Shown here: piece by piece, positions 13,166-25,226 of the stretch
How the letters are laid out: every line of letters begins with the position of its first letter
How positions within the stretch are numbered: position 1 is the first letter of the stretch
Source of the DNA: Oculina patagonica
Taxonomy: Eukaryota
Reading direction: 5' to 3'
Length of the DNA: 64,000 bases
Assembly (NCBI RefSeq): GCF_052425735.1
Contig: NC_135761.1
Coordinates: forward strand, 6,448,001 to 6,512,000
Position numbers and translations under genes: made by a program
The notes under the pieces: generated by a model
The model's input: only the letters and a program-made list of their open reading frames with translations
Told to the model about the DNA's origin: nothing
The model's database searches: none

Positions 13166-16100
13166 GGATGATAGGGTTATAATATGTTAATTAAGTTATG
13201 GCGTAGAATAAAAAGAAATTAAACATTTTATATGGAAATAAGAATAATAACAATAACAAATATTAGCAACATTTATACTCTAGAAGGCATGTTGATGATT
13301 TGTGTCGATGAGGAGGTTTTTGTTTGGAACTCTACCCGGCGACAGTACAGTTTGTCAGTTCATAATTCAACCGGCCGCGATAGGTCCTTCTAGTCAGTAC
13401 AGCTCCGTAATCTTTTATCAAGATAGCAGTGTATAAAATGTTTTAGCACTAGCTATAGCAACATAAATGAAAATTGAGGCTGATTGTGGGAGTAAAACAT
13501 GTAAAAGGGTCCATAAATTAAGTTAAAGGGGGCACCGTGATGAAACGTACCAGTGAAATGGGGGCATTGATATTATTCAGCTGTCCGCGCAATTTTATTT
13601 TCTTCTAGCTCGTAAGTAGGCTGCCACTTGGTCCAATTGTATGGAAAAGTGAAAATGATGTAGGGTGGCGGAGAAGGGGAAGGGAGGGAGAGAGGGAACG
13701 ATTGCGGGAGGGAGGATGGGAGGGGGCCATGATTTATGCTGGCCCTATACAAATACAACGGTTTGGTGCGATAGAGGTCCCTGAGTATCTCAGCTTTCTT
13801 CACTTTGCTTCTTTGAATACCGTAACTCCGGCTGAAATTTATATTATAGCCCATGTCCGGGATAAAAGTCTTTTTCTTGTGATTTTCTTGGAAGTGAAAA
13901 CCCACTCATTATCAGCAGTAGCATACTTGTGGTGTGAATTGATGATCACGTGGTGGTGACTCAGACTGATTTGAAAATGCTAGGTGAAGCACTTTTACTT
14001 GAATACACCAACCCCTGCTTGATTCGAAACTGTGAAAGTGGTTAAACGTCCTCTTAGGTCTTTCCATCTCCACTGGATAAAAAAGGTAATAGCTTCAAAA
14101 TTATCTACATTGAAATGCTATGTGTTTTGTGTTAGAAATATTTCTACGAATTGCATTCTAAATGGTGTTCTTCTATAGTAGTTCGGTACTTCCGACTTTC
14201 TTCCTATATTCGAAAAATTACGCTAGGATACAATGCTGAAGAGTCAAGGGATCAGTTCATGCGGGCTTAAAATTGTTAAGAGGTATTGCATGTCTCAATT
14301 TTTTAACCCGTGCAAGAATAATGATAACTTGGGGCAGAAAAATTAGTAATAAATATCGACTGTAAGTCGAGGCCGACGGTTATGAACGAGTATTCGTCTT
14401 CAACCCAGCCCGCTACTTCTTGTAGTTTAAACCTACGGAACAAACTGTATTTATCGCCCAGAACTGATAATCTTATATAACGAATATTTGTTGTTGTTGT
14501 TGTTTTTTCGTTTTGCCAAAAGAACATGATAATAACCGCGTAAGAGAAGTAAAAGTCAAGCCGTTTTAAAGCGAAACCACTAAAAGTCCAGACTCAAGAA
14601 CCATTTCCGGCTAGCTCTTTCCACTCGCAATTTCAACCGGAGATTCTGTAGCAAGTTCCTTTTTTACTTCCTGGAGGCTGTACACTGTTTAAAGTCTTAT
14701 TCACTTCCTTGTTGATGCGTAGGGAAAAAGCTACTTAAAGACCAACTTGATAGATTATTTTGATGCTAGGAAATCATCAAATCATTGATGCAAAACAAAG
14801 GGATCACGATCTTTTCTAAGAAACGCGTAAAATAATCTTTTAACGAGACACGAATCTTTGATACGAAAATACACACGCTTGGTTTAATAATGTTTAAAAA
14901 TTATGGCTTCTCTTGGGTGAAATAACCTTGGTTTGGCTCAGTAGATGAGATTAGATATTTCTTAAACAAGTGCATGATAAAAATCCGAAGTAACATGAAG
15001 TAAAAGCGAAATTAAGGGCGTGCTTCGACACATATTTGAAGTGTTTAGTCTGTAACACACTATCGTCCGGTTTTTCTTGGAATCTAACCAATCCGTCTGT
15101 TATTTTAGCTTGGTTTACGTTTGTGTACGTTTATGAAAGTTCGCGTCTTTTATTATTTTTGCTATAACAGAAGAGTGCATTTTCTCACCAAAGAAAATTA
15201 AATTTTAAAGCAAGTGAAAAACAAGGCTTTTTCCGCTATGACTGATAGTATTTGATTGCCACTGATAAAACGACTTTGTGCTCCAAAGTTGCTGATTCTC
15301 GGCTTTTCTAAGAAATTTACTGCTATATGTTCACTGAAAATGTGACGAATGTTTATTCAAGACATGGCGAAATAACCCTACAGAGCTCTTGAATATTGAA
15401 CCTTCCATCTGGAGGTATACAGTTCTAAAGGAGACTATCGCTAACTATTGGGAAGCATTGAAAGTCACGACCGGCTAAAATGAACACTGACGAAATAAAA
15501 GCTCCTTTACAATCTAATTTATTCGCTTTTTCCACTTCTCTGTTATTCTCCAGACATGAATGTTTTTTGATAGCAAACAGTGCTACTCCCTAAAAAACAT
15601 CATGATGAGTGCATGAGCACGGTTTATGAGGAAGCGGAAGTTGATAACGTGATAGTGCTACTTCCTCCAGCTGGGACCCCACTTCCGCTCGCTACACGCT
15701 TGGACTACTACTTCCGCTTGCTTTTGCGCCTTTGCGTTTGAACGAGTATCTCCCTGAAAGCAAACTCTTTGTTCCAGTCTCAGCTAGTCTGGCGTTTTGT
15801 ATGCATATGCCTGTTTATAAAAGGCATAGAAAATGTTGGCGGCTGTGTGTTTTGTTCGACTAAGACCAAACGGTACACCGAGTCGTCGGCTCTTCTTATT
15901 TTCCACCGGGAAAGAGGACAGAGCGGGGGTGGGGGCACTCCCCTATACAAGCTATATAGGTATGTCCAGCGACACAGTACAGGGTATGACTATCGTATCC
16001 GAGCCGATTTACTCTAAAATAGGGTATGGTTTCTACACTCTGGTCAGCAGCTAGGTACAATTCCTGGAAGAAACAATTTTATCATTGTTATTGACACTGT

Positions 16101-16508
16101 GAATTTGCAGTAACTGTCAAATGTTTACGCAAACGGAAGCAGTTTGGTCTGAATCGATTTCTGGGTCACGATACGAAAAATCGCATATTTTGGTCTGAAA
16201 TAGGCTGAGGGTTTAGGAAGCGCGCCGCATGCCCCACTAAAATTTTTGGAGAGTATTAGAATTCGAAATATAAATATAATACTTTGATCTCTGCAGCAGT
16301 TAGGTTGCCTCGGTGAGGTGGTCAGACTTCGATAAATCAAGTAGTTGAAACTTTAGTAAACCAGTTTGAGATTTCCCATCCCAGTTCATATATATATGTA
16401 GTGGATTAAATTCGAAAAGCCGAAAGTCTCATAATAGGACACCTCTCAAACGAAGGCTTTCTTCGTATCGACAGGACCTGGACATCGATTGCTGTCTATA
16501 AATATATC

Positions 16509-18485
16509 ATGGGCGATAAAGGTTGTAAAGATTCTAAGAGCTTGCCAGTAGAAGAAACACTCGACAAGCCACTGCCACATCCTGTGCAAGAAAGGGGGGA
16601 TCAGCAAGATCTTGCGGTGAACTTTCTGCGGTGGCTGCGGCTGGCACTTCAACTACAACAGGGTCAAATGATAATACAGGGAGAAGTAGCTCAAGATCCG
16701 TCAAAGTGGGCAAAGCTCTCCCAGTTCAAGACCAATGCCATGCAAACAGTGGGAACCATTTTGGCAAAGTTCTTCGCCTTCTTCGTCGCTGCAGCTACAT
16801 GGATCATCAAGATGGAATCTGAAATTCCGATGGAAAAGATTAGAGAAACAAACGAGCTGAAAGAGAAAGAGGAAGAAATCAGAGTTACTAAGCTAAAGGA
16901 AATCGAGCATCACACATGGAACTTGGAAGAAAAGGTACATTTAATTCGAATCACATTTTTTGTATCTAACAGTGATTTTGTTGCAAATAATATTCTGCTT
17001 ATGAGCAGCTCATGCGTAGTTGTGAAACTTGTGACCACTTCTAAGAGAAATGGCAGCTCGTTTTCCAAAGTTATCGAAGAGCGATTTGAAGCTTCCACTA
17101 AAACAAAAACAAGCTCGGTGATAAGATGGTAAAACAACTATTAAACTCGGTTATCGTAAAATATCGCGATTTGTCAGTGACACAAAGATCGATATTTTGT
17201 TTCGGCAAATACAATCACTTCATCGCCAGCCACTGAAAAATCACGATATTTTGATGAACCTCGTCCAAGAATTGTTTTTATCTAATTTGCAATTACCATC
17301 ATATAAAGTACCTCCAGGAGTACCTTCGACAGCCTTCTCTATACCCTTCAGCTCTTGTCCCTAATTGCCACCTATTACTAATAAGTGTTACTAAAGTTAC
17401 TGCTTGTCTGTTCCTAAAATAAATTGCAGATCAAGCGAGCCAGTCGAGGTGAAAATTCTTTCAGGATCTCCCATATCGAGAACATAGAATGGGAAATGAG
17501 TTTGATAACGGCAAAGGAGCTTGTAGTGACCTGTGGACTTCATATAGCATATTTGCAAGAGCTTGCGGGAAAACTGGAATCAGGAGCACGAGAAGTGATC
17601 ATGATAAAGGAAATGATCATTAAACGAATAATCATTGGGGGACTTGCCTTCGCACTTTGTGCAAGTAAGTTTATCTTAACAAGCTGCTCAGTCACAGCTA
17701 TTGGAACGTAATTTTCTCACTTGCATTTATTAGAAGTACTTTTTCTAGTTCATTATTAGTTGCAGAATTAGAAGTAGAAGTACGTTTTTCTCAAGTGCAG
17801 ATGTAGAAGTGTGTTTTTTAACACTCAGTTAAGGTAATATGCCCTTACTTAAAAAAAAAAAAATAAAAATAAAAAAAAAAAAAAAACAGATCCTAGCAGT
17901 GTGCAGGTCGCGTGTCACATATCAACCTCGAGTCACTCGTAGCTCAGTTGGTTAGAGCGCCCAACCGGTATCTGGGAGGTCATGGGTTCGATTCCCGTCG
18001 GGGACTCCGAATTTGTCTTTGTACCATGCTCGTGTCATTGTTGAAAAAAGATCATCTTTATTACATACAAATACCAGAGTGATCAGCGAGAAAACTGGAA
18101 TAATATGCCAGCTGCAAGACAGTTTAACTGAAATGTTTTTCTTTGCTGTTTTGTTTTACTATCTTCAGTGTTGTATTACGGGGCTTATGTAAAAGAAGCT
18201 AGCGAGACCGGAACTACTGTGAAAGAAATCACGGTTGCAAGCCTCATGGCCGTTGGAATGGCGATGTTCTGTAAACGCGAGGCTCAAGTGTTATTCAACA
18301 ACTCTAAGCTGGTCGGTGAATGCGAACAAGTAAAATACGAGCTGGGAAAATCCAAGCTGGCTTACATGAAGTACAAACAATCCGTGGAAGATACATTGCC
18401 AGAGCAAAAGAAGCTGCTGCATGTAATGGATCATGAGGTCTCCCTGTATAGCTCCCTACAGCCACTGAAGTGTAAGGACGATTAA
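16509..18485 (+). CDS. Uncharacterised helical membrane protein, cluster gene A (325 aa; coiled coil / hydrophobic hairpin / coiled coil)
   Basis: Exons 16509-16934, 17430-17664 and 18169-18485 have GT-AG boundaries and phases 0 and 1, giving 978 nt open. Hydrophobic segments IIIGGLAFALCAMLYYGAYV and ITVASLMAVGMAMFC. The C-terminus is clearly similar to gene B. Confidence 0.8.
17930..18060 (+). mobile_element. tRNA-derived SINE head (intron 2 of gene A)
   Basis: A box TAGCTCAGTTGGTTAGAGC and B box GGTTCGATTCC; irregular acceptor and anticodon arms. Confidence 0.65.
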
Positions 18486-18548
18486 GTCATTTTACCAGTT
18501 GTGAGCCTGTGTGGACAAATAAGTAGCATACCTTTAGATAGGAAACTA

Positions 18549-18649
18549 CAGTTGAACTCCGTTATTTCGAACCGTCCGGGGGAAACAAAAAACAGTTCGA
18601 AATAGCGGGAGTTCGAAATAACCGAGTTCGAATTAGCGGGGTTCAACTG
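18549..18649. mobile_element. Tc1/mariner-pogo-type MITE
   Basis: TA-CAGTTGAAC ... GTTCAACTG-TA. Confidence 0.75.
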
Positions 18650-20491
18650 TAATTAACTACTTAACTTACTCGATCTAAAAATAGTTATCTAAGAAGGAAG
18701 TAAAAATCTCTTTCCTAAGCTGACTTAGCCTTTGACCACAAAACGTGCAAAATCCCCGTAATAGTGCCACGATATAAAAAGCTTACTTTAGTAAAATAAA
18801 AGGAAGAACGAAATGATGTTAGACACGCGTTTTAGGCGATTTTATACCTTTAGCACCTACAAGGCATCTATTGCCCATATTATAGATAAACATGTAATAC
18901 ATACAAATATAACAAATTCTCAGTGTATGCGGTTAATAGTCAGCAAAGTTCTCGGCAGATTACCTTCATTTGAGGGTTAGGAATCTGGAGTGAATCCTTG
19001 TAAGATCGTTTTATTAGCGATGTTCTTTTTAAAGCCTGTTAAAAGTATATTCGCAGTTAGCCGTTGTGGATTCCATGAAGGTGCTTAAAATGAAGTTCAA
19101 GCACAAAAGTTTCTGAGTCACGGACGGTAATCGTCTAAAACATCAAATTGTTAATGTAAAAATTAAAGCTTTAAAAAAAATATGTATGCAGAAATGCAAC
19201 TAGTTTTATTGCATTGCCATTCAAAATGGAGTAAATTTGTTGAGTGTACTATATTTATCCAAAAAAACGTTTATATAAATCCCAAGGATTTGTTGGCAGT
19301 GATATAAATATATTGAGATAGCAACTAGTAGTGACGTATTCGTATAGGAGTTTTGTATTTACCTTGTATATATTATAAACATGCTGCAAACATTTAGATA
19401 ACAATATTAGTTAATAATGTATTTGTTAGGGCCCCTATAGTGGCTCCTACGTAGTTCTAGTAAGTAATAGCAGCCTAATCTGAGTTACTGAATATCATCT
19501 TTGACATGGTTAATTGTAAGTTATAAGAATTTAGGTAGGATTATTTTTCGTTTATATCGCCTTAGAGTACTTTTTATAAGTGCTACAAAAACGTTTTTCT
19601 TGTATGAACAAAATCCGATAGAGAGCAAGCAGATAAAAACACTTTTCTAAATTAAATTGCTTTGTAGCATTTTTCACATAACCGAGTTATAACAAAATAG
19701 CATTTAATCTAACACTAAATTACAACACTGATATATACAAGTGGCAAGTGGAATGTATTCTATTGTATACCACGAGAAAGTGTTGTGTAACTATTTTATA
19801 CCATGCCATAGAAAATACGCATGCTAAATTTTGTTGAGAATAAGATCGCAGTGTACGCTGTGAAGGTTGGGTTAAATACCGTCGAATATATAACGGCTTT
19901 CTTGTATTGTGATTGGCTGTATTTTCTATGGCATGGTATAAATGCGTGTATATCACGGTAATCTGTGTTTATGCCGTGTCAGAGCATCCGCCATCATGAT
20001 GTTTCTATCATTAATTCTCTGAGACATTAATAAAATTGTACAAGAAGTTTAACCGACTGTTAGTAATGCTCCTATCACATTTACAATTTGTTCTAGAAAT
20101 GGCATTAACTGAAATATTTTACATTAAAAATTTCAGGGCTATACATGTACCGGTTTATTTTTTATTGCGAGCAGCATTTGTTTGTTCATTTTTTTCTTCA
20201 TTTTATTTATTTATTCCATTTCAAAATTACAATGATCAAATACAAAAAAAATAAATAGAAGAAGAGAAATGGAAAAGGGCAAAATATAAAAAGCTAATTT
20301 GATGCCCTTGATAATAATGTGCATTTGCTTGTTGTCTGGTGAGGTAGCCGGCTTCTAAAATTCACTCATTTGTTATAACTACCAAAAATTTTGCTGAATC
20401 ACGAGTTAAGCATGCCGTCGTACACTAGTGACTACAACAATCGAAACTGAATCCTCCTAATAAAACGATGCATCTAAAAGAGGTTTCTGCG

Positions 20492-20967
20492 CCCAGGGGG
20501 GTACTCGAAGTATACATGACAGGGAGGGGGTCCGACGGAGCTTCATATTGCAAAACCAAAACTATACACAAGCCTAAAATTTTAGACCCAAGAAATTACC
20601 TGGCATCAAAATTTCCAACCCAAAACTTGACATAAATACTTAAATACCTCAATACTGATTTATTCAATTGAGCAGAACTTTCTGATGCATGATTTTGCAT
20701 CAATAAGCTTATAAAATTGGTATGTCAGTTAATGTCTCTTTATCCTCCCTTCTGCTCCACATTTGCTGATGCACTGATCGCAAAGAAAACCCGAAACGAA
20801 AAGTTCGCTCGGAGATAAAAACCAAAAAAAATTCGCGTATTTTTGTAAGACATAAAAAGTTCGTGACAGTTCTCTTGACCCAAAAAAATACCGAGCATGT
20901 AAATCTTCAACCTATAAAATACGTCGGACCCCCCGTCATGTATACTTTGAGTACCCCCGCCCCTGGG
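20492..20967. mobile_element. hAT-type MITE
   Basis: TIR CCCAGGG..GTACTC.AAGTATACATGAC; 8-bp TSD TTTCTGCG on both sides. Confidence 0.8.
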
Positions 20968-22460
20968 TTTCTGCGCTTAAAATTTATTATTCAAGTTATA
21001 TGTGGATACAGTTTCCTGGTATGTTTCAGCTTCGTCTGTTATAACGTGTTTCGTAGAAGGGGATATTTATGATTCAGGATTTTTAACTTGCTCTAGTGGA
21101 AACGTAGCATAAAATTCATGGGTAAGATTTTGTTGGAACAAAACATTTTTAGAAAATCGTTTTGAAATTCGTCGATGAAGTGCTAGCGCCGTGGTGCTTC
21201 ATGGGATTACATCGTTGTTCTCGATAAGTATTCATCATCATCATCATCATCATCATTTATTTACCACTTCAGAATTAAACATACAAATTTTTGGTTTGTG
21301 ACAGTTGGCACCCTGATGCATCATGGACTATAAGGGACTTTTCAGAGACGGTCATGTAAATCGAAACTGCCAACGGAGCAGTTTCAGTTTTGCTTAGAAA
21401 ATTGAATACATGGGCAGCGATTGTTCCTACTGGGAGTTGTAACGTTCACTAAATATTATATATTTCATCAGTTTTTGGCTCGATTTTTGAGACAAAAAAA
21501 GGCAAGTTAGTGGTCCATCATTGCCATTTGCACGTAGTGTGCATTTGTCATGATCTGTTTATTCGATCGCCATGTGAAAAACAAAAAAAAAACCGTTCCA
21601 CTTGTATGTTATGTAAAACGTTTCTAGGATTAAACTTCTCAGTAGCTCGATATACAGTGATTCATGGTATCAACGATTTTTCAGGATTTAGATTTGTTTA
21701 TTAGCTTTAACTTATCTATATACTCCGGCGAAACGACAGATTTGAACCCCCTTTGACTTGGCCAAACATCTTGCATAAAGAACTTTCTGTCTAGAAAGGC
21801 AGCAATTTATGGCTAGCAAACAAGCGTAAGACTGTTTCACAGAAGCCATCAGGCATTCATTGTACATGTTTTATAATTCAAATCGTATGTAAGTCTAGTC
21901 TACCAAATATTGCAGGTAATTTTATTAGACTGAAAACTATTATTTGTTTATCAATTCCAATTGCTTTTTATAGAATTTAACGGCGTTTTACTCATCTAAA
22001 CATGTTGTGTCAGGGAGGGAAGTGGTCGAGTAGGATCATACTTATATAGTACACCCAAAGCAGGTTGAAGACATGCCACACAGAATATTATTGAAGCTTA
22101 CGATCTAGGGCACTTGGTCTGCAAGAATATTTTTTCGATTTCAAAAATCTACAGATCGATAAAGGAACATGGTATATTCGAAAAGAAGTTACTTTTATTT
22201 TCACGGCAAAGAATTTACTATTTTGGCTTGTTGTGAGGCGTTAACGGCTACACTGGCTACAGTGGACAGACAGAACAATGAGCGTTTACTGGAAACCAAA
22301 TTCTCTCCCAAAGAAATAAAACGTAACGGAAACATTAAGGATTTTGATTGAAGAGAACGTAAAAGAGCCCAAAAGATAATCACAACGATGGCCAATTCCA
22401 TGAATCATGCCATAAATTACCGAATTCTCATCGAGATCACTGACTGGTTGGTATATAATA

Positions 22461-22730
22461 GGAGGCAGCGTGGCCGAGTGGTTAGAGCGCCGGACTTGAA
22501 ATCTGGAGGTCCCGGGTGGATTTGTTCTCGGTCGTCCCGAGTTCAAATCCTCGGTCATGCTTGTAAATAGCCAACAGGTCTGTCTCCTGCCAGTTGGGAT
22601 TTTTAACCATGTTATGTTTATTTAATATATTACATTTGTTCAGTATTTGTTTCATATACACGGCCCCACAAGCTTCTAGCTTTAAACACAAACCGTGTAT
22701 AAATAAAGTTGCTTTACCTTTTTACTTTAA
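22461..22730 (+). mobile_element. tRNA-derived SINE
   Basis: GGAGGCAGCGTGGCCGAGTGGTTAGAGCG head; body GAGTTCAAATCCTCGG..CTTGTAAATAGCCAAC; AATAAA tail. Confidence 0.7.
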
Positions 22731-23099
22731 AGGCCTTGTACACGTCCATTAAATTTGCAATCTATGATATTTGTGTCCATAAACATGCGTATATAAACGG
22801 TTTTCAAGTTTATATTTTAGCTTAGCAGTACGCGAGCGAGTCAAGCAGGTGAACTTAATAAAAAGTACACTGTTTCTTCGGAGCCGTGTTTATATCTCCT
22901 TTTCCTTTAGTTTGATTTACATTAGCGCTAAAGCCAGCTGGAGTTATAAAATGGGTATAGTCCAAAAGCTCCTGTTTTTCTTGGTATTTTGAAGTTCAAA
23001 GCTACTCAAGTTGGCTACGGGCCAAACTAAGCGTTTTTAATTATGCATGCATAAATTACTGAAATAAGATAAACTGAAACCTGCCGACCTAAGCATTTG

Positions 23100-24600
23100 T
23101 TCGATCGGGTGTTTCGCAGGAGGAAACCGAAAGCAAATTTATTTGTTGGATAAGTTAAAGCGTTGAATAGAAGTTCTTCAGTTGTATCTGCAACTCGGCC
23201 CTGCATAAGGTAAGAGATTGTTTATGTCAAATTTAAAAGTGGCTGATTTTTGTTTTGGTTTTATACTGGATTTCTTGGAATCAGGCGCTTCCGTGGCACT
23301 TCCGCCATTGGTCGTTTTGTACATTTCGACAGTTGTATCTTTGTGATCAGTTCTTTATGTTAAAAATATCGCAAACCAGCTTTTCAAAGGGTTGGAAGCG
23401 GAAAATATTTCCGCGAAGTTCAGAAAACGCATTTCTTGTTGTCCGCTCCGGGCCAGCTTCAAATCTCGAAAACTCCTGTCGGAACTGAAACTACGCCAGT
23501 TCAGGAGGCTTGTTGTGTTGACGATTCTCCTGGAAGCTGAGTCATGATGATTATTACGTAAATCTCGTTTAGTTTTATTTTGTCTAGTGTTGTAGAGCTT
23601 TGTAGGCTCAAAACCATTTTAGAGAAAGGAAGATGATCAAACTGATTAGAGAGAGTTTTTAATCGAGCTATGCCAGTTTTCAGTAGTTTAATTGACTCCA
23701 AAACATTGGAAATTGCAATCGCGTTTCTGGGAAATTAAATAATTTCAATAACGTAGCTTAGCTAGATATGACAATACTAACACGGCATATTATGCCTCAT
23801 GATTTGTTTCTCCAATGCCCAAAGAAGACAAAACTGATCTTGAAAACTACTTCAGCCCTATAGGCCCGCACAAAAAGCCATGTCGCAAGAATGAAGCTGA
23901 GATAGCTGGTCGAATTGAATTGAATACTCCTATAAACAGTCTTAAAAGTCTGGCCTTTCTTAGAAATCCTATCCATCAGTTCTTTCCGTTTCGTTTCGTA
24001 AAAAAATCATTTTCAATTTATGCTTTTTTCTGTAAAAACACGTGAAAGAGAGAACTTTTTGACAAATAAAGACAGCAAGGTCGATGATGTTTCCTTTAAT
24101 GTCAGGAGTTTATAAACCAGGCCGATACTAAACTAAGCTGAACATAACGTCGGCTGTTTCTCGGAATTGCCGCTGTCGGTACTGCTTGATGTCTGAAACC
24201 TGTAGTCTGAGAATTTAAAGAATGTTTATTTTTATTACAGGGAAAAACCCCATTGGAACTTTCTGTTTAATTTGGTGGTGGCCCCAGGGCAGACAGTGGG
24301 GTGAGCGGAAGTTAAAATGTCAAGAAAACAAGCGAACAACTGTTTTTGAAGAGAGAGCAAAATGATAGTTGATCTCAGTCTTATCATATCAGTGAGAGCG
24401 TAAATGCTTTAAAGTTCACTTTAGCCATACAAGCCTCTGAAGTGTAAACGATCCGTAGTAAGCATGTAAAAATATATCCATAATGCTAGCACTGTGCGTT
24501 AACTCTTATCAATATTTTAATTATAAACATTTCTATTTAACTTTATTTTTTAACGTCAAAAAAAGGCAAGGGAATCCCCCCTCCTTCTTCCTTGAGGTTC
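23100..24600. promoter_or_regulatory. STAT/IRF/NF-kB motif cluster upstream of gene B
   Basis: TTCNNNGAA at 23272, 23409, 23725, 23957 and 24158; GAAACCGAAA at 23123; TTTCCGTTTCGTTTCG at 23983; GGGAATCCCC at 24570; GGGAAAAACCCC at 24240. Confidence 0.55.
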
Positions 24601-25226
24601 CAAGTACAAAACCGAACGGATGGGCATTAGTAATTTCTCTGTTATTCAATTTTTTTGGAGGGGTGAGTGGTCACCCAAGAACTCATATCTTTTACAATGG
24701 TCAATACATGGGGTATCTAACTACCTTTTGAATCGGAAAAAGTTAAGATTTCAGTTTCGGGGTAAACATTTGCTGACTTGGAGATGCTATAAACCGTTTC
24801 GGCTTAACAATGCACCTTCCCGTTCCTGCATGTAGTAGAATGGGTTTTGCTACATGCCAGTAAAAGCTACGGCTTGGTGTATTTTTCTAGATAAGAATCG
24901 GCAAACTAGCCTTCTGCAATTTTTGATGAATTTAATTATCAATATTTTTCTTGATGAAATCGGCAAACTAGGCTGGTGCATGTACATTTCGCCAAAAAAT
25001 TTATCAAAAATTGAGCTTAAATATTTAAAGCTGTTAAAATACATATACTTAAAATGTATTCTGATGATGAACTAATAGATCGAAAACGTTAAGTCAGTAT
25101 ATTTAGAAAGCTTTTTAACCGCACTTTAAATAGAGTGGTGTAATTTCTGATGAAATTCGATCTCACTTTTGTTTTCATCTTCTTAACAATTTGGCAGAAC
25201 AGCTTTAAACGGACCGACTCGCAACC

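Larger units (their letters stand above)
8002..16069. promoter_or_regulatory. STAT (GAS) motif array with IRF/AP-1/ETS sites upstream of gene A
   Basis: 23 hand-counted TTCNNNGAA sites: 8002, 8802, 9022, 9312, 9897, 10555, 10829, 10930, 11171, 11625, 11662, 12003, 12337, 12453, 12689, 13120, 13157, 13885, 14142, 14814, 15074, 15306, 16061. ISRE-like TTTC(A)GTTTC near 8315 and 10924; TGA(C/G)TCA near 9092, 9768, 13031 and 13958; ETS-like GGAAGCGGAAGT near 15630. Confidence 0.6.

Noticed and set aside
8002-16069. Heat-shock element interpretation of the TTC..GAA motifs
   Set aside because: HSEs need 2-nt spacing in alternating nGAAn arrays; the sites counted have 3-nt spacing, matching STAT/GAS.
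16935-17132. 3' part of the 207-aa ORF 16509-17132
   Set aside because: Intron read-through. The donor at 16935 and the paralogous junction in gene B support splicing to 17430.
17930-18010. Functional tRNA gene
   Set aside because: A and B boxes are present, but the acceptor stem and anticodon arm are irregular and it continues into repeat-like sequence; more consistent with a SINE head.
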